From Guillardia theta CCMP2712 (lineage: Eukaryota; Protista; Cryptophyta), in assembly GCF_000315625.1 (NCBI RefSeq), contig NW_005434560.1:102049-166048 (forward strand): a DNA stretch of 64,000 nucleotides, given 5' to 3'. Shown one piece after another: positions 59,457 to 64,000 of the stretch (its first letter is position 1; each line of letters starts with the position of its first letter). Below the pieces are notes generated by a model, which was given only the letters and a program-made list of their open reading frames with translations, did no database searches and was not told the DNA's origin. The translations under genes and the position numbers were made by a program.

Positions 59457-60527
59457 CTACGCTACGAAGGTCACGATGGAGGTGTCGAGGAGGCCGTGGG
59501 TGTGCTGGAAGGCCATGATCCTGCCGTGGACGAGGCGGGTGATGATGTCCTCTGGCCTGACCTCGCAGGTGATGCCCTCGACGCTCCTGCCCCGCCCCGC
59601 CATGAAGGCCATGCGGACGGTGCCGGCGCGGACGCTGCGCTCCTCGGTCTCGAAGGTGAGCTCGCTGCAGACGGTCTCTTGCTCTGCCGCTTGGTGGGTG
59701 CCTTCCTGTGCCCTCTGCAAGGGAACCACGCGGGAGCGGGCGACCTGGGTGATGCTATCCCCGTCGTCGGCGTAGCAGAGGCCGAAGGAGATGCTGGCGG
59801 GGCGCAGGATGGTGAGGGCGCGGCTGATCTTCCTGCACTGGTTTCTCTGGACCGCGAACCTCTGCGGCGGGTGGATCTCCGGGTGCTCGAAGACGACGTT
59901 GAGGAAGAGGTGGATGCCGGTGGAGCACTGCGTCCAGTACGGCAACCCCGCCTCGAAGGGGTGCCGGTTGAGCGTTTCGAGGGCCTTGAGCACGCTGGAG
60001 GGGGGCATGTGGAGGATGGCTTGGAGCTGGAGGTTGGGGTAGACAAAATCCCACTGCCGCAGCAGGGCGATGTCGGTCATGAGCTCACTGACGGGGACGA
60101 GGTCGATGTCGACGTCGATGTCCTCGAAGTCTTCCTCGGCCTCCTCCCTTCGCATCTCCTTGCGCATGCGCTCGACGTGGCCCGCGACGGCCTGGCGGCA
60201 GGAGGAGGGGAGGCATTCCGCGCTCAGGGGGCTGCCGTGCCCGCTCCTGCACATGGGGCAGCGCATGCCGTGGAGCATGAAGTAAACCGCGAGGGCGACG
60301 GGATGGAATGCCTTGCCGCAGCACGGAAGCTTCACCACGCAGCACTTTCCCCCGTGGACCTCTAGTGTGTGCGACTGGGGTATGCCCTCCACCTCCGCGC
60401 TCCCCAATGGCTCCATGAGGATGGGGCAGTCGTCCGGCGGGCTCCCCAGGCAGTCTTCCCCCCCGAGCATGACGTCGATGCAGTGCTCCCCACACTCGCT
60501 CACCCATGTCTGCAGCACCCAAGTCAT
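59457..60527 (-). CDS. RING-finger-like protein (putative E3 ubiquitin ligase)
   Basis: CPILMEPL...LPCCGKAFHPVAL...RCPMCR, a RING with some ligands substituted. Confidence 0.7.
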   Translation of the reverse strand: MTWVLQTWVSECGEHCIDVMLGGEDCLGSPPDDCPILMEPLGSAEVEGIPQSHTLEVHGGKCCVVKLPCCGKAFHPVALAVYFMLHGMRCPMCRSGHGSPLSAECLPSSCRQAVAGHVERMRKEMRREEAEEDFEDIDVDIDLVPVSELMTDIALLRQWDFVYPNLQLQAILHMPPSSVLKALETLNRHPFEAGLPYWTQCSTGIHLFLNVVFEHPEIHPPQRFAVQRNQCRKISRALTILRPASISFGLCYADDGDSITQVARSRVVPLQRAQEGTHQAAEQETVCSELTFETEERSVRAGTVRMAFMAGRGRSVEGITCEVRPEDIITRLVHGRIMAFQHTHGLLDTSIVTFVA

Positions 60528-60625
60528 GGGTGCTCCCGTGCGCTTCTGATTTCGAGCCTATCGACGTCGCATCCCCCGTTTATACCATGCCCCGCGCCGA
60601 CCCCGCTTGCCGTGCTTGAAATGGT

Positions 60626-61042
60626 TCAACGTATGCGTAGTCTGTATGTCTTAAACCTCCCACCTGTGGGCCTTGCAGACAGTGCATTCTGATCCGTAGG
60701 TCCACTAGGTGGGCGTGGTGGTGCGTTGGGTCCCGCTCTTGCTGCCCGCATGCTGTTGTCTATCATGTATTGTATGCATAAATTCAAAGCGGTGTCCCTA
60801 GCAACGCGGTCTCCTTGTCCCAGCTCGTCCCAAACTTGTCTTTCCATTGCGGGTATATCCTGTATATGTTTGTAGCGGTATTTTTCCACTATTCTCCTGA
60901 TTTGTGGGTGATGTCCTAAAGCGGTACGATATGTTTCATCAAGTTCTCGATCAGTTCCATGTCGTACGTAATAATCAAGATAAAGTCTAAAGTCTTTATT
61001 AACAAGGTCCCACCAATCCGCCAAATTCATGCGATCATCCAT
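60626..61042 (-). CDS. Hypothetical protein, low GC
   Basis: In-frame ATGs at 61042 and 61030 next to a TATAAAAA. Confidence 0.6.
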   Translation of the reverse strand: MDDRMNLADWWDLVNKDFRLYLDYYVRHGTDRELDETYRTALGHHPQIRRIVEKYRYKHIQDIPAMERQVWDELGQGDRVARDTALNLCIQYMIDNSMRAARAGPNAPPRPPSGPTDQNALSARPTGGRFKTYRLRIR

Positions 61043-61094
61043 GTTTTTTATAAATGCTTGATGACATGGATTAAATATTGGATCGTATTCATAC

Positions 61095-61367
61095 TCATTC
61101 AAAAGATGGAAAAAAGAGCGAGCAGAACCTTCCGTAGGTGTGCGTCCTGCACACCAGCCCTGGGCCGCAGTCCTTGTCGTCGTGGCACGCGTAGAGGTGC
61201 TGCTGGTACCCCCTGTCCTTCTTGATCTTCCTGAATTTGACGTGCAGGGACTCGTCGAACTGCATGGGGCGGGCGGGGCGCAGCTGGTTCACCGGCACGA
61301 AGCCCAGTGAGCCAGCCAGGGAGACGAGGGGCAGGAGGGCGAGAAGGATAAACCAATGCCGCTGCAT
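61095..61367 (-). CDS. Small secreted protein with a C-terminal Cys motif
   Basis: Signal peptide MQRHWFILLALLPLVSLA, then CHDDKDCGPGLVC...FC. Upstream GTATAAA (~61398, minus). Confidence 0.7.
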   Translation of the reverse strand: MQRHWFILLALLPLVSLAGSLGFVPVNQLRPARPMQFDESLHVKFRKIKKDRGYQQHLYACHDDKDCGPGLVCRTHTYGRFCSLFFPSFE

Positions 61368-61457
61368 AATTTTGCTGCGATCGTAGCCACACCCACGTTT
61401 ATACCCGTCCTCTTCCGGAACGATATAAAACGGCTGTGCTGGGATGTTGCAGGAGGG

Positions 61458-62453
61458 ATGCGGAGTGCCTGGGACTACTGGTATGATTTTGGAGGGGGGT
61501 TCGATCCGATGATACTCGACGCGGCGGGGGCGCTTCCGCTGGCGGTGCTGGGGGCGGACGTGGCCTACGCCTACCGCTCGACCGGGGTGGCGGCGGCGGT
61601 GCTGGCTTCTATGGTGACCGGGGCGCTTCTGAGGTGGGGTGTGCCTGGTTTCGCTGCACCTGGGATGGGGCAGGTAAGTTTCCATGGACCCCTGGACGTC
61701 CTCCACGGGCTGGACCTCCTGTTGATCCCCGTGGTGGTAGCCGCCTCGGTCTCCCGCCCTCACCACTACGTCGGGTCGGTGCTTCTGCTGGTCTTCCTGG
61801 TGATGGCGCTCCGTCGGTATAACCGCCTAAAATTCCCGATAAGCTTCACGAGTATGTTTATCCTCCTTGCCTGTGCGATGGGGGCTTCGGTGCATGGATT
61901 GACGGTCACTCCTCCCGTCCAGACGCGCTGGGAGGAGCTGGGTTGGTCAGCCGTGCCTTGCCTGGCCCTCTTCGTGCTGGCTTGTACGAGGAGGTCGCCA
62001 CCCCTGGAAGGTTCGAAGGTCCCAGTGCCGGCTGTGGAGATTGGGGTCTCTGTCGCTCTCTTCATCCTTGGTGGCTACCTCTGGAATACGGAGTGGGGAT
62101 CCAGGGCAGAAGGGCTCGTCTATATGGCCGTGGACGTGAGGGACGGGGGCTGGGAGGCTGCGCTGCTCCGCCTTCCCACCTACCTCGCCCTGGTCGCGGT
62201 GGTGGCGCTGCAGCTGCAGCAGGGGAAAAAACACGAGTCGTTCGAGCAAGCCAAGGCGCGGCTGGAGATCGAGGTCGTCTGCATCGCCTCCGCCTCGGTG
62301 GTGGCCCTCCCACTCCTCGCGCTGTGCCCCTTTGTTGTCCTCCCCCTGATCGCACTGCTATTGCGGGGGGCTGCTTTCCTGACGGTATATAAGACAAATT
62401 TGCACGCTTTTCCAAATGTGGCGTACTACGCGCCGGTCCCAGGTGGCCCTTAG
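61458..62453 (+). CDS. Multi-pass membrane protein
   Basis: ATG after ATATAAAA (~61423), about 9 hydrophobic segments. Confidence 0.75.
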   Translation: MRSAWDYWYDFGGGFDPMILDAAGALPLAVLGADVAYAYRSTGVAAAVLASMVTGALLRWGVPGFAAPGMGQVSFHGPLDVLHGLDLLLIPVVVAASVSRPHHYVGSVLLLVFLVMALRRYNRLKFPISFTSMFILLACAMGASVHGLTVTPPVQTRWEELGWSAVPCLALFVLACTRRSPPLEGSKVPVPAVEIGVSVALFILGGYLWNTEWGSRAEGLVYMAVDVRDGGWEAALLRLPTYLALVAVVALQLQQGKKHESFEQAKARLEIEVVCIASASVVALPLLALCPFVVLPLIALLLRGAAFLTVYKTNLHAFPNVAYYAPVPGGP

Positions 62454-64000
62454 CTTTGTAGCGCTGCTTGCCCTTCATTGCTGTGGGACTCTGGAAGCGT
62501 TGCCAATCCTCTCCAATGAAACCAATAGCAGCGCCTACCCCGATCTCTCAGCAGCCCCCGTCAACGATACCGTCTTCCTGGAGACACAGGCTGCCTTCCC
62601 TGCCACTCCCACCCCGGAACCCGTCCTGGTGGACACCGTATCTAGCGAGGCGGAGGCCAAGGTCGCGCCGGTGGACACAACCTACTACTCCCTGATCCGG
62701 CTGAACATCGAGGGCGACGTCCCCGAAGGCACCACCCTGGAGGAATACCTGCAGCAGCAGGTGAAGCTCTACGTCGCGACTTACGGGGCGCAGGTCAGCA
62801 GCCTTGTCCTCGACTATGTCACCCAGATCCTGACGAACAACGTGGACCCTGGCAGCAGCCTGTCGGGCAACCACCGCAGGCTGATGGAGACGCTCGGCGG
62901 CGGCACGGAGCTGGCCCAGAACACGACGGCGGTGATCGTGGCGCTGCAGTCTCAGTCATGGACCAACATGCAGGCGGTGACAGCGGGAGTGAATGCACAG
63001 AACCTCGCCCAGACGATCAACGGGAGGAAGGTGCTGCAGGTGTCAGCGGTGTCGTCCACCATCTCGTACACGCTCCCCGGCCCGGCGGAGGCGCTCAACT
63101 TCCTGCAGCGCGTCTCCCCCAGCCTAAGCGCTCTGAGCGGCCTGCAGTACAACGCCTCCACACAGCTATGGTCTGTCAGAATGCGTTTCGTGCCCGAGCC
63201 CGGCAGCTTCTCCGCTCTCTACGTCACCAGGACCAACGGCTACAGCGCGGCCGACATGGCGAACCCGTGCGTGCAGCCGACGGCGACGCTGTGCTGCGTC
63301 TGGGACGTGATGGCGAGGTACTACACCCCGGACCTCCCGCTCTCGAATTTGAGCTGCAGCGCGGCGCTCACGGCGCAGCAGTTCTTCGACTCTCTCGGAG
63401 CTCAGAGATTTGTACACATCGACCTCCCATCCCTGGGCATTCGCTCCAGCTACGCAAGCCCCGGGGATGAGCAGGAAGGGATAGTGACGGTGGAGCTGGC
63501 CCAGGGGGCGGTGGAGCAGTACGTGAGCACGGTCCAGTCTACCTCCCTCTCGACAGGGGTCAACCGCTTCGGGATCGGTCTTCTCGTCATCCGCCCCAAC
63601 CCGACCAGCAGCCCGGACGCCATCCTGGACTTCAGCGTCTTCGACGTCTTCAGCGTCAACAACTTCCTCCTCTCCGTCCGATCGACACAGGACTACACCC
63701 TTCTCAGCGGGCTGCAGGCTTCACTCCACGAGGTCAGCCATCCACTCGCTCAAGGTAGCACCGCCCGGGGCTCTATATATTACGCCAACCTCAACTTCGT
63801 CGTCCCGCAGGCCTACCGCATGGTGGACACCCCTGAGAATATCGTCGCCTACCTCGGGACGCAGCAGCTTCCCTTCTCGCAGACCAGCGCGTGGCAGTCT
63901 CCCTGTGGGGTGTATGGGGATGACCCCAACGCAAGGCTGGAGGAAAGCTGCAGGAGCCTCTCTACTCTGAACTTCTGCCACCCGATCCAGCACAACTTCC
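62416..64000 (+). CDS. Secreted/virion glycoprotein, runs off the window end (absent from the ORF track)
   Basis: ATG at 62416 follows GTATATAAG (62385). Signal peptide MWRTTRRSQVALSFVALLALHCC and several NxS/T sequons. No stop seen in this frame. Confidence 0.8.
   Translation, partial: MWRTTRRSQVALSFVALLALHCCGTLEALPILSNETNSSAYPDLSAAPVNDTVFLETQAAFPATPTPEPVLVDTVSSEAEAKVAPVDTTYYSLIRLNIEGDVPEGTTLEEYLQQQVKLYVATYGAQVSSLVLDYVTQILTNNVDPGSSLSGNHRRLMETLGGGTELAQNTTAVIVALQSQSWTNMQAVTAGVNAQNLAQTINGRKVLQVSAVSSTISYTLPGPAEALNFLQRVSPSLSALSGLQYNASTQLWSVRMRFVPEPGSFSALYVTRTNGYSAADMANPCVQPTATLCCVWDVMARYYTPDLPLSNLSCSAALTAQQFFDSLGAQRFVHIDLPSLGIRSSYASPGDEQEGIVTVELAQGAVEQYVSTVQSTSLSTGVNRFGIGLLVIRPNPTSSPDAILDFSVFDVFSVNNFLLSVRSTQDYTLLSGLQASLHEVSHPLAQGSTARGSIYYANLNFVVPQAYRMVDTPENIVAYLGTQQLPFSQTSAWQSPCGVYGDDPNARLEESCRSLSTLNFCHPIQHNF

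Noticed and set aside
61671-61679. CAG|GTAAGT perfect donor site in the membrane protein gene (also CAG|GTGAGT near 24464)
   Set aside because: Both frames stay open through the site and no clear branch point or acceptor follows, so an intron cannot be supported.

Overview
Gene-dense, mostly GC-rich DNA of a large eukaryotic dsDNA virus, most likely a mirusvirus (Mirusviricota, the herpesvirus-related Duplodnaviria of protists). The assignment rests on a herpes-type terminase interrupted by spliceosomal GT-AG introns, a probable capsid triplex protein, a heliorhodopsin, a histone H3 fusion, a TBP-like protein and a UL92-like zinc protein, plus TATA/TATT-type promoters and AATAAA signals. No RNA genes, CRISPR or transposase were seen. 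All homology calls come from motif recognition by eye, not database searches. Main observations: (1) a 495-aa H3 with two H3 tails, where the N-terminal copy keeps only K4 and carries K9R, S10E, K27E and S28D, and the internal copy has K27R; (2) a terminase whose first visible exon begins at an orphan splice acceptor with no Walker-A exon in the window, and whose next intron holds a complete antisense gene; (3) a 365-bp nested palindrome with iterons and an AT-rich core, laid out like herpes simplex oriS; (4) RNA Pol II CTD-like heptads in a 2048-aa non-polymerase protein; (5) pairs of dissimilar small ORFs inside near-identical promoter and terminator flanks.
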